Assembly (NCBI GenBank): GCA_018716745.1
Contig: DVJO01000153.1
Location: forward strand, 1-52,322
Origin: Candidatus Scatenecus faecavium
Lineage (GTDB): Bacteria; Cyanobacteriota; Vampirovibrionia; Gastranaerophilales; Gastranaerophilaceae
Length of the DNA: 52,322 nt
Direction of reading: 5' to 3'
The translations under genes were made by a program, and so were the position numbers. Positions within the stretch are counted from its first letter, which is position 1; every line of letters begins with the position of its first letter. Below the pieces are notes generated by a model, which did not search any database, was not told where the DNA came from, and saw only the letters and a list, made by a program, of their open reading frames with translations. This document shows positions 1 through 8,027 of the stretch, piece after piece.

Positions 1-105
1 CATAGCAAGTGTTTTGGTCATAGCCGCTCCTTTTTTTAAATGAATTGCTCCTTGTATATTTTCTATTATAACATTATTTATTTATAAGCGCAAGCCTGCT
101 TTAAA
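1..105 (-). repeat. Copy 1 of a duplicated promoter/5' leader cassette; includes the start of a minus-strand ORF (MTKTLAM...) that runs off the left edge of the window
   Basis: Nearly identical to 2704..2808 (a 1-nt mismatch and a 2-nt indel over the first ~80 nt, then partial similarity). Reverse strand reads GGAGCGGCT-ATG ACC AAA ACA CTT GCT ATG. Confidence 0.7.
65..93 (-). promoter_or_regulatory. Sigma70-like promoter (-35 TTGCGC, 17-nt spacer, extended -10 TGTTATAAT) in repeat copy 1
   Basis: Reverse complement of 65..70 is TATAAT, preceded by TGT. Reverse complement of 88..93 is TTGCGC. The same arrangement is conserved in copy 2. Confidence 0.5.
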
Positions 106-130
106 TATAAAGGATATTATGGATTATAAA

Positions 131-163
131 AAAGAAAAAGGCGCTCAAGTATGAAGAGCGCCT
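131..163 (-). terminator. Rho-independent terminator downstream of the pilin-like gene
   Basis: Minus strand has AGGCGCTC-loop-GAGCGCCT (139..146 / 156..163) followed by TTTTCTTTTT, directly after the stop at 186. Confidence 0.7.
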
Positions 164-185
164 ATATATTGAGCAAAAAAACATT

Positions 186-2540
186 TTAACGACAGCCTGA
201 GCCTGTATTAGAAATATTAGGAAAAGATCTTCCGTCTTCACAGCGATATCCAGAAGCATCAGCCTGACAACTGTCTAATTTTATGGTTAAAGAGTTAATA
301 GAAGGGAAACTTTGGCCGCCTGACACAGTAATATCACATTCAGCCCATTGTTGAGCACTCCAATTTGGCGCACTACAAACTTGTGAACCATTTTTAAATA
401 CACCAACAGGGAAATATATTCTGTTATCACTGCATCTTCTAAAAGGTTCTCCTATTCTAAAGTGTATAGGTTCACCTTCATGAGCAATATGAGGAGCGCC
501 AGGTTCAAAATAGGTGTAATTTCCGTCTCCCATTATACTGCCTGCGAAACCACCGCCGCAACCACCAGAACCAGCACAATCAACAACATTAGTTTTAGCT
601 ATTATCCATGCATATGAACCTGCACCACCCACTGCAGGAGCCACACGATTCCCATCCATATCAACTTCCGTAAACTGATACATATATCTTTTCGGGCTTT
701 CATAATGAAGCTTAAATACTGTATTTAATTCCTTATCTTCATATTCTAATACAGTGCTTGAAGACGGCCATGCTGCATTTTCAGCATAAACTTTATCATT
801 TATAGTTAAAGTAAAGGTTTCCCATTTTGACTGAATTAATTTTGCTGACCCTGTTCCACCGCCTTCGCCCAATTCTTCTATTACTTCCCATCTTATAGAG
901 CCATCGTTTGCAAGCTCATGCTTCAACGGTTGTCTAAATTGTGCTTCTATGCCGTTTTCATTTAAAGTAAGTCCTGAACTGGAGCAGTTAGCAGCGCTAT
1001 AGGCCTCGCAAAAATATCGGGTACCTGTGTATTTTCCTTTAATCTGAAGTTTTACATATACATCAGGAACCTCAACTTTAAGAGTTCTCACATCATAATA
1101 ACGTTTTGCAGAAACATGGTAATAAGTATTGCTTGTATGCATTTCATCCTGATACAAACCGTCAAATGTATCTTTAACATATATATCTACAACTGGCGGC
1201 AGAGTACTTTCTTTACATTCAATTTCTATTTCCTGGTCTTTGTCAGCAACAATAAAGGTCTGGTCAACCGGCTTGGTTGAATCTTTAAACGACCAGCCGT
1301 TTGCAGGAGTTACTTGGTATTTATAAGTTCCGGGTCTGAATTTACCTTCTTCTTTTTTGCAGTTTGCATCAGGCAGAGTTACCGGGCAGTGTTCAGTGTC
1401 GCCCTTAAACGTAACAGCATAGCATTCTTCAGGTTCTTCCATTGTACATACAGCATCCAATGAAACATCTTTATCGACAATTGTAACTTTTTGAGAGGTC
1501 CAGTCTGCACTATAGCCATCATCAACAGTTATTGTAACTGTATAAATATCCGGCTTAAGATTACATCCATCTCCGCTTATTGTACAACCTTCAGGATCAC
1601 CGGTCATATTAACACTTATACAATATGTATCGTCTTCTTCGGTATCATCATCGTCAGGCTCTACTGGAGGCGGAGTAACTTCACCATCGGATTGCGGAAC
1701 ATTATTATCCGGAGAACAGGTTATCTGACAATCTTTTACATCAGCATCCTTTACTGTAACCTGATGAATAAACCAATCGCATTTATAGCCTTTTTTGGGA
1801 ATTGCAACCAAAGTATAATTCCCATTTACTTTGTTAGCACCTTGTCCGTAAATTGTAGCACCTGACACGGAGCCGCAAGAAATAGAATATACATTTTGTG
1901 CTGTTCGGGAATCCTTAGCCGGGCCGTCAGGCGCTGCAGGCTGCATATCCTTTGCCGGAGGAAGCGCAGTTGGGCCATAGAAACCAACTTTATCTGCCGG
2001 CACTCTTGTTCCGGGTAACACCTTGAATACAAACCTGTCCGGACTGCTGCAGCCACTTTTATCCAAACAATTCGGGCCTTCTGCCCCGTTTACGTCAACA
2101 GTTATGGTCTGAGCTCCGCCGTCAAAATTCGATATCGGAAGGTAAAAATCCATACCTTCAGAACTTGTCACACTGACATTACCGGGTGTACAGTTAACTT
2201 CAGTTCCCGGTTTTTTAACAATGCGGCTTGCAAAGAGTGTACAAAATTTAGTTGTTCCGGCGTGTTCAGAACCGTTATAAACAACTTTATCCGTATTTTT
2301 AAACCCGCTGAATTCACCATTGTCAGGATACAAATATGTATCTGTTGAAAGTTCGTTAATAATCCTGTTAACAATATAGTTTGCTTTCTTGCCTAAAGCT
2401 TCGTTTTTATCAGGATTTACTGATCTAAATATTGGAATAAGAATTAATGCAAGAACTGCTATTATCCCCAATCCGATTAAAAATTCGCCCATGGTTAGCC
2501 CTTTTGGACGCTTATCCAAGCGTAAATACTTTTTACTCAT
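186..2540 (-). CDS. Giant type IV pilin-like (prepilin-type N-terminus) protein with a Cys-rich, repeat-containing C-terminal extension, 784 aa
   Basis: N-terminus is MSKKYLRLDKRPKG|LTMGEFLIGLGIIAVLALILIPIF: basic leader, Gly, Glu at +5, then a hydrophobic helix (class III signal pattern). A pilin-like 'DVNGAEGPNC...DRFVFKV' block follows. Three ~65-aa Cys-bounded modules (YSISCG..ITC, YCISVN..AVC, CYAVTF..IEC) each carry a G-Y/W..DW motif. RBS GGGAG lies upstream of the ATG. Confidence 0.75.
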   Translation of the reverse strand: MSKKYLRLDKRPKGLTMGEFLIGLGIIAVLALILIPIFRSVNPDKNEALGKKANYIVNRIINELSTDTYLYPDNGEFSGFKNTDKVVYNGSEHAGTTKFCTLFASRIVKKPGTEVNCTPGNVSVTSSEGMDFYLPISNFDGGAQTITVDVNGAEGPNCLDKSGCSSPDRFVFKVLPGTRVPADKVGFYGPTALPPAKDMQPAAPDGPAKDSRTAQNVYSISCGSVSGATIYGQGANKVNGNYTLVAIPKKGYKCDWFIHQVTVKDADVKDCQITCSPDNNVPQSDGEVTPPPVEPDDDDTEEDDTYCISVNMTGDPEGCTISGDGCNLKPDIYTVTITVDDGYSADWTSQKVTIVDKDVSLDAVCTMEEPEECYAVTFKGDTEHCPVTLPDANCKKEEGKFRPGTYKYQVTPANGWSFKDSTKPVDQTFIVADKDQEIEIECKESTLPPVVDIYVKDTFDGLYQDEMHTSNTYYHVSAKRYYDVRTLKVEVPDVYVKLQIKGKYTGTRYFCEAYSAANCSSSGLTLNENGIEAQFRQPLKHELANDGSIRWEVIEELGEGGGTGSAKLIQSKWETFTLTINDKVYAENAAWPSSSTVLEYEDKELNTVFKLHYESPKRYMYQFTEVDMDGNRVAPAVGGAGSYAWIIAKTNVVDCAGSGGCGGGFAGSIMGDGNYTYFEPGAPHIAHEGEPIHFRIGEPFRRCSDNRIYFPVGVFKNGSQVCSAPNWSAQQWAECDITVSGGQSFPSINSLTIKLDSCQADASGYRCEDGRSFPNISNTGSGCR

Positions 2541-2566
2541 TTTTTATACTCCCATATCTTTTTTGC

Positions 2567-2593
2567 ATTACAAAACCGCCGCGAAAACGGCGG
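2567..2593 (-). terminator. Intrinsic terminator-like hairpin in the leader between the duplicated promoter and the pilin-like gene
   Basis: Minus strand reads CCGCCG-TTTTCG-CGGCGG followed by TTTTGTAAT, ~30 nt upstream of the pilin ATG. Confidence 0.55.
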
Positions 2594-2667
2594 ATTAAAA
2601 TTTATACGTTTTCTTTAAGAACACGTTTAAACAAGATATGAGGCATAAATTTTTTGCCTTTAAGGAG

Positions 2668-2724
2668 CTATTTACGGGTGCCCCCCCCCCCCGGAAATCC
2701 AGTCATAGCAAGTGTTTTAGTCAT
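2668..2724 (-). other. 18-codon leader sORF (MTKTLAMTGFPGGGGTRK*) containing the homopolymer tract; coding status uncertain
   Basis: RBS GGAGCGG plus ATG at 2724. The first 7 codons are identical to the ORF start at the window edge. The SD AAGGAGC is complementary to GCTCCTT just downstream of the G-tract. Confidence 0.25.
2681..2692. repeat. C12 (G12 on the minus strand) homopolymer tract
   Basis: Twelve consecutive C counted at 2681..2692, the longest G/C homopolymer I noticed while reading this AT-rich window. Confidence 0.95.
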
Positions 2725-2808
2725 AGCCGCTCCTTTTTTAATGAATTGCTCCTTGTATATTTTCTATTATAACATTATTTCCATACACGCGCAAGACTGT
2801 TTTATGAT
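2704..2808 (-). repeat. Copy 2 of the duplicated promoter/5' leader cassette
   Basis: Direct repeat of 1..105. Confidence 0.7.
2766..2794 (-). promoter_or_regulatory. Sigma70-like promoter (-35 TTGCGC, 17 nt, TGTTATAAT) in repeat copy 2, facing the pilin-like gene
   Basis: Same hexamers and spacing as copy 1. Confidence 0.5.
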
Positions 2809-2821
2809 AAAATAAGAAATT

Positions 2822-4810
2822 TTATTTATTTCCGTTATATATTCTTATATAGTTCCAGTAGCTTCGGAAAACTTTTTTGACATAATTTTGAGTCTCGTCA
2901 TATGGTATTTGCTCAACAAAATCATCAGTATCATTGTAATAAAGCGACTCTTTCCACTTTGTGACGGAACCAATTCCGCCGTTATATGACGCGATTGCAG
3001 AAACATCATGGCCAGCCAAAAGACTCTTTATATAAGCATAATAATAATTGCCTAATTTAATATTAGATTCCGCATCAAAAAGGTTGTATTCACCAAGCCC
3101 TTTCTTTGCGGCAATTTCAGCGGCCGTTGCCGGCATAAGCTGCATTAGTCCTTTTGCCCCGGCAAAACTCGCAGCCTCAGGGTTAAAATAACTTTCCTCG
3201 CGTGTCAAGGCAAGCATTAACGGAGAGTTGTTGCCTGTTCGGTCTGCATATTTCTTTATAACATCATAATAATGAACCGGATATACAAGCCGCCATCTCA
3301 AATCATATTTGTCCGGTTTTGTTTCAAGTTTCTCCATTGCATTACGTGCAATCAGCATTGAACGTGAATATTCACCCTGTTGATACAAAATCCAGCTTTT
3401 TATAAATTCGTCGCTTCCTGCAATTTCCTCAAGAACTTCATAATCCTGAAGTTCAACAATCTTCTTTATTGTTATATTTTTTGTGTTATAAGGATATTCA
3501 ACAGGTCTTGGAGCTATGAAATCCGTTATAACAGGATTTGCAGTATGATTTAAGCGTAAGTACGCACGATAGGCATAGTAATTATCCGGAAAACTTGTTA
3601 TAACATTTTTATAAATTCCCATATATTCGCCGTAATCTCTGTTTTTTTCAGCAAGTTTGCCCATCCAAAACATAACCATTGGAGCGTCATCTTTATCAAT
3701 ATATTTGTTCAGGTAATCCTGTCCGATTTTTTTTGCATTTATTGTATCATTTGCTCTAACCGCAGCCAAAAAGATTTCAGCAAGGGCTTTGTCTGTGTAT
3801 TTCCCATTCGGATAAGTTACATAAAAGTTTTTATAGCACTGGAGTTTATCAGCAGATGGCGAATATTTGCATTTTAAACTTGAAACGTAATCAAGGCCTT
3901 TATCTGAAAGCTTTGATAACAAAGTGTTTGCAGTTTGAAATTTAGAAGCACTACTTAAGTCAAAATAAAGATTAACTGCATTAACAATATCTTCTTCTGA
4001 AACATAAGAGGTATCTGAACTTAAACCGTCATCCAGAACAGCAAGCGCCTCCTGCTTGTGACCGGTGACACTCAAATTTTCAGCCTTTAAAACCCAGCTT
4101 TCGGCAGGATTTGTGTGTTCTAAAAGTTCTTTAACACGCGGATATTCTCCAAATTTGAAAAGCGAATTTGCCATCAAAAGATAATCATCCGAAGAAATAT
4201 TTGTATCTATTGAAAGCCAATTATCAACAACATTTACAGCAAGTCTTCCGCCGGGGGCTTTCTTAAGGTAGTGTCTGAAATGTTCTTCAACATCATGTTT
4301 TTTTGAAAGCGGGAAAATACTATTTTCATCTTTTGTATATTCATTCATTGTGATAAGGCCGGAATAATATTCTGCTGCAATGGCATAGTCAGATTCCGGG
4401 GCATCATTTATTATTTGTTCAAAGTATTTTCTGGCAAGTTTCGGGTTGTCATTTACAAGCAATTGTGCAGCCAGATATTTTGAACGCAGGCTCAAAGGAT
4501 TCTTTCTGTATTTACTGAATAAAAACTGATATTTTTTTACAGCTGACTCATTATCCCCGATTTCTCTTGCGCATTCCGCCTGTCTGTATAATGCGGCAGG
4601 CTTTAAGTCAGAAAGCAATGAAACTTTTGAAAAAAGATAATAGGAATTTGAATAATCTTCATTTCTATAATCTTCAAGAGCAGATTTATAGATTTGCATT
4701 GATTTTGCCGGTGTCTGGTAGAGTTTATTGAAAAAAATTCCGCCGGCAAAACAGAAGATAATAATCGCCGTAGAAATTATTATTTTATCCCGTGTGTTCA
4801 TAGTAATCAT
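2822..4810 (-). CDS. slt: Soluble lytic murein transglycosylase (Slt70-like; N-terminal membrane anchor, helical-repeat region, C-terminal SLT domain)
   Basis: C-terminal motifs 'TREESYFNPEAASFAGAKGLMQLMPATA' and 'ASYNGGIGSV' are typical of family 1 lytic transglycosylases. Hydrophobic N-terminus IISTAIIIFCFAGGIFF. Confidence 0.85.
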   Translation of the reverse strand: MITMNTRDKIIISTAIIIFCFAGGIFFNKLYQTPAKSMQIYKSALEDYRNEDYSNSYYLFSKVSLLSDLKPAALYRQAECAREIGDNESAVKKYQFLFSKYRKNPLSLRSKYLAAQLLVNDNPKLARKYFEQIINDAPESDYAIAAEYYSGLITMNEYTKDENSIFPLSKKHDVEEHFRHYLKKAPGGRLAVNVVDNWLSIDTNISSDDYLLMANSLFKFGEYPRVKELLEHTNPAESWVLKAENLSVTGHKQEALAVLDDGLSSDTSYVSEEDIVNAVNLYFDLSSASKFQTANTLLSKLSDKGLDYVSSLKCKYSPSADKLQCYKNFYVTYPNGKYTDKALAEIFLAAVRANDTINAKKIGQDYLNKYIDKDDAPMVMFWMGKLAEKNRDYGEYMGIYKNVITSFPDNYYAYRAYLRLNHTANPVITDFIAPRPVEYPYNTKNITIKKIVELQDYEVLEEIAGSDEFIKSWILYQQGEYSRSMLIARNAMEKLETKPDKYDLRWRLVYPVHYYDVIKKYADRTGNNSPLMLALTREESYFNPEAASFAGAKGLMQLMPATAAEIAAKKGLGEYNLFDAESNIKLGNYYYAYIKSLLAGHDVSAIASYNGGIGSVTKWKESLYYNDTDDFVEQIPYDETQNYVKKVFRSYWNYIRIYNGNK

Positions 4811-4973
4811 ATTTTACAATTTTATCAGAAATCTTTCAAATTAAAAAATTTTTCAAAAAAAGTTACATTTTAACGGAAAATTCAAATTTAATTTCACAAA
4901 AATAATAATTTATAATATAATAAACATAAGAGATTGAATTGCTTATAAATAGCAGGGAAGAAAGAGGAGTAAA

Positions 4974-6365
4974 ATGTTCGGAATTATACTTGCAGGAGGT
5001 TCGGGAAGCAGATTATGGCCGCTGTCAAGAGAACTGTATCCTAAACAGCTTTTGAATTTTACCGGCGAAAACAGCCTTTTGCAGGCGACATTTGAAAGGC
5101 TACAAAAATGCATGCCCGCAGAAAATATTCTCAGCATTACAAATACAAAACATATTGCAAACGTAAGAATGCAGTTAAAAGATTTATGCACAGAGCCGCT
5201 TATTTTGTCAGAACCGGTTTCCAAAAATACAGCCCCTGCAATTGCACTTTCTGCTAAATACATTTTTCAAAACGCAGGGCATGAAGAAATAATTTTGGCA
5301 GTTCCGTCAGACCATTTAATCAATGACATTGAAGGATTTAAATCCGCAATCCAAAAAGGCGAAGAGCTTGCACAACAGGGTTACATTGTAACCTTCGGGG
5401 TCAAACCTTCTTACTGTGAAACAGGTTTTGGATATATCAAATCCGGCGCTCAAATCGGCGAAGGTTATAAGGTCATGCAATTTTCAGAAAAACCTGATAT
5501 AAAAAATGCTCAAGAATACCTTCTAGATAAAACATGTTTTTGGAACAGCGGGATTTTTATGTTTAAAGCCTCTGTTCTGCTTCAAGAATTACAAAAACAT
5601 TGTCCTGAGATTTTCGAAATTATCGCAAACATAGATTTACAAAACAAGAGAGAAATTCCGTTTGTTGAGTTTGACAAAATGCCAAACATTTCAATAGATT
5701 ATGCGCTTATGGAGAAATCAGACAATGTTGTTATGACCGAACTCAATAGCGACTGGAAAGACTTAGGAAGCTGGGATGCTATTTATGATGTAAGCAAGAA
5801 AGACAAAAACAACAATGTTTTTGTAGGTCATGTCATGGATGAAGATTCAAAAAATTGTCTTGTATATTCCTCCTCAAAGCTCGTTGCGACAATCGGCCTG
5901 GAAGATACTGTTATTGTAGAAACTGAAGATGCAATTCTTGCCTGTAAAAAAGACCGCACACAGGATGTTAAGCATATCTATGAAAAACTAAAAGAACAAA
6001 ATGACAACACCTCACTTGTTCACAAAACAGTTTACCGCCCATGGGGATTTTACACAGTAATTGCACAGGGCGAAGGCTTTTTAACCAAAATTATTCATGT
6101 AAATCCAAAACAAAAACTTTCACTTCAATCGCACAACCACCGAAGCGAGCACTGGGTTATCCTATCAGGTACCGCAAAGGTGGTTCTGGAATCCAAAGAA
6201 TTTATTCTGAATTCCGGCCACAGCATTGATATTCCGGTGAAAGCTATTCATTCGCTTCAAAACCCTTATGACGAAGCAGTTGAAGTTATAGAAGTTCAAA
6301 AAGGCGACATCCTAATTGAAGAAGACATCATCCGCTACGAAGATATGTACGGGCGGTGCACATAG
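4974..6365 (+). CDS. manC: Mannose-1-phosphate guanylyltransferase / mannose-6-phosphate isomerase (bifunctional, cupin C-terminus)
   Basis: N-terminus 'GIILAGGSGSRLWPLSRELYPKQ' is a nucleotidyltransferase signature. C-terminus 'RPWGFYTV...QSHNHRSEHWVILSGTAKV' is a type II PMI cupin. RBS GAGGAG. Confidence 0.9.
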   Translation: MFGIILAGGSGSRLWPLSRELYPKQLLNFTGENSLLQATFERLQKCMPAENILSITNTKHIANVRMQLKDLCTEPLILSEPVSKNTAPAIALSAKYIFQNAGHEEIILAVPSDHLINDIEGFKSAIQKGEELAQQGYIVTFGVKPSYCETGFGYIKSGAQIGEGYKVMQFSEKPDIKNAQEYLLDKTCFWNSGIFMFKASVLLQELQKHCPEIFEIIANIDLQNKREIPFVEFDKMPNISIDYALMEKSDNVVMTELNSDWKDLGSWDAIYDVSKKDKNNNVFVGHVMDEDSKNCLVYSSSKLVATIGLEDTVIVETEDAILACKKDRTQDVKHIYEKLKEQNDNTSLVHKTVYRPWGFYTVIAQGEGFLTKIIHVNPKQKLSLQSHNHRSEHWVILSGTAKVVLESKEFILNSGHSIDIPVKAIHSLQNPYDEAVEVIEVQKGDILIEEDIIRYEDMYGRCT

Positions 6366-6392
6366 GGCAGATAAGTCACCTATGAGCTTTAT

Positions 6393-7187
6393 TCAACAAC
6401 CTTGAATTACATCTTTTAAATTTCCGTAATAACCATTGTCCAGCAATTCAAAAAACTTTTCACAAGTAAACGGAGCAATCGCCTCAACCCACTCTCTGTC
6501 AAGGTAAAGTCCTTCAACAAATCTTGCAAAAAGTTCTGTCGGTCGTTTGTAGTATTTATTTATTTTATTAATTCTGGCTGTTACACGCGCCTGTTTTTTT
6601 GTCAGAGATTTTAGTCTTATGTAAGCCGCAAAAGCTTCAGGCATATCAGGGAAACATTGTTCTATCGTATTTATTGTATAAAGCTTCGGGAACAGTTGCA
6701 AAAAACCGCCCATAACCTTTACTCTGTCATATTTCAGAAGATATTTTGCATCTGAATGTTTGATATATTTTTCAAATTCTTTGAATTTTTGAGAACGGCG
6801 GAATTTAGGATAATATTTTTTAATTATTTTGTCATATTCGGAAATCTTTTCTTTTATTCTCTCTTTATGTTCCATTAATCTTATACATAGAGAACTTGCA
6901 TCCACAAAGTTCGTTACTTTAAAAAGCTCCGCTGCTAAAATCGGATTGTCAGATTTAAAAAGCGCTTGAAAGGTTCCGCCTGTTTTTGGCATGTCCGGTT
7001 CGATTTGGAAATGAATATAATGCGCAAATTCATGCATTAAGGTTGGAATAACCCTGTTTTCAGGAGTGTTTTTAGAAATATCAATTCTGTTGTTACAGAA
7101 AAAACCTTGATGTCCTCGCGCTTTAGTTGTTGTATGAACTTCAATTCCGAGAGTTCGAAGGTATCTGACAAAAGATTTCTTATCCAT
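6393..7187 (-). CDS. Hypothetical protein with an HExxH zinc-metallopeptidase-like motif
   Basis: Single 'LMHEFAHYIH' motif; Lys-rich helical remainder; no other family recognised. Confidence 0.5.
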   Translation of the reverse strand: MDKKSFVRYLRTLGIEVHTTTKARGHQGFFCNNRIDISKNTPENRVIPTLMHEFAHYIHFQIEPDMPKTGGTFQALFKSDNPILAAELFKVTNFVDASSLCIRLMEHKERIKEKISEYDKIIKKYYPKFRRSQKFKEFEKYIKHSDAKYLLKYDRVKVMGGFLQLFPKLYTINTIEQCFPDMPEAFAAYIRLKSLTKKQARVTARINKINKYYKRPTELFARFVEGLYLDREWVEAIAPFTCEKFFELLDNGYYGNLKDVIQGC

Positions 7188-7334
7188 AATTGATATTATA
7201 CAGGAACAAGGAATTTTTTCATAATAATTGTTATTAGAAATAGTTTATTAGTTTTTATATGGTTATTTTTTCTTTTTTTGATTAAATGTAAAGTATTAAA
7301 TTTTACATAAAACAAAAATATTATGTACATTCTT

Positions 7335-7954
7335 TTCTTTTGTTGCGGCGCAAAAGAACCAAAGTTCACGACTAACATTGATTGAGTGAAGCCATTTTCT
7401 ACGGCTCGTACCTCGCCTTGAAAAGAAGGCAAGAGAAACACGCGACCAAATAGCATCCCTAAGTTCAACCTGAAGCTTGCAGACTCGCTCGTTGCCTAAC
7501 TAAACTTGTTTCAGCCTCTAATGAGCGCACCGCTCAAACAATGCTCGCTTTGCTGTTGTTTCACTAAGGGCTGCTAATAAATTTTGGACTTTGCAGCTTT
7601 TGAAGGATTAATTACGCTGTTACAGCCGTGGCGTCTTTAGCTGAGACCCCGACCTTTACGGAGTGAGCAATCAATGTTATGTGAGAGGACTACAGAACAG
7701 GCTTTGTCTGAACGCCTGAATGAATATTTTTGGGATGGAAGGGTGTTTGAAAAAGTGAGTCAGCCTGTTTCAGCTCGAACATTACAATTGATTAGCGAAT
7801 GGAGTGCAGGTCGGCGGTTTTGTGAAACTTTTTCCGCAAAAAGTTTCCATGTCCGGAGGACTTTTAAATTAAAAAATACTCTGTGCTGCCAACACCTGCC
7901 GGAGGCTAAAAAAGTGACTTATCAGCTTGATAAACTTATCGAGCTTCATTTTTT
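7335..7954 (+). ncRNA. Candidate large structured non-coding RNA of unknown class
   Basis: About 620 nt with no credible ORF and visibly higher GC than the flanking AT-rich DNA. AT-rich promoter-like region upstream (7200..7330). 12-bp long-range complementarity 7373..7384 / 7668..7679. Perfect 10-bp hairpin 7824..7847. TGAGCG-CAC-CGCTCA hairpin at ~7522. Ends in a plus-strand intrinsic terminator. Confidence 0.45.
7924..7954 (+). terminator. Rho-independent terminator ending the ORF-free transcript
   Basis: AGCTTGATA-AACT-TATCGAGCT (9 bp, one G.U) followed by TCATTTTTT. There is no T-run on the opposite strand. Confidence 0.7.
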
Positions 7955-8027
7955 ACTAAAATAAAGAAAAAATGAATATATAAACCTCAATAAACATAAT
8001 TTTTAATAACAACTTATTATGAAAAAT

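Noticed and set aside
7521-7580. Cys-rich sORF MSAPLKQCSLCCCFTKGC with a double TAA TAA stop inside the ORF-free region; an alternative frame reads ...NNARFAVVSLRAA (tmRNA-tag-like)
   Set aside because: The ATG has no Shine-Dalgarno. The tag-like frame does not stop after AA (it reads on as AAU AAA). No tRNA-like domain is nearby. Most simply it is part of a structured RNA.
7335-7954. RNase P RNA (plus strand has ACAGAACAGGCUUU and CCAAAUAG; minus strand has AAAAGUCCUCCGG and GUAGAAAAUGGCUUC)
   Set aside because: The P4-like motifs are split between strands or appear in the wrong order on a given strand, and the GGUGAAA/GGUAAGAGC J11/12-P12 region is absent. The minus-strand spacing (~470 nt between putative P4 strands) is too long, and the only terminator is on the plus strand.
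7196-7964. Tracked ORFs 7196..7468 (-) and 7674..7964 (+)
   Set aside because: Atypical amino-acid composition for this genome and no RBS. One spans an AT-rich promoter-like tract and the other reads through a terminator hairpin.
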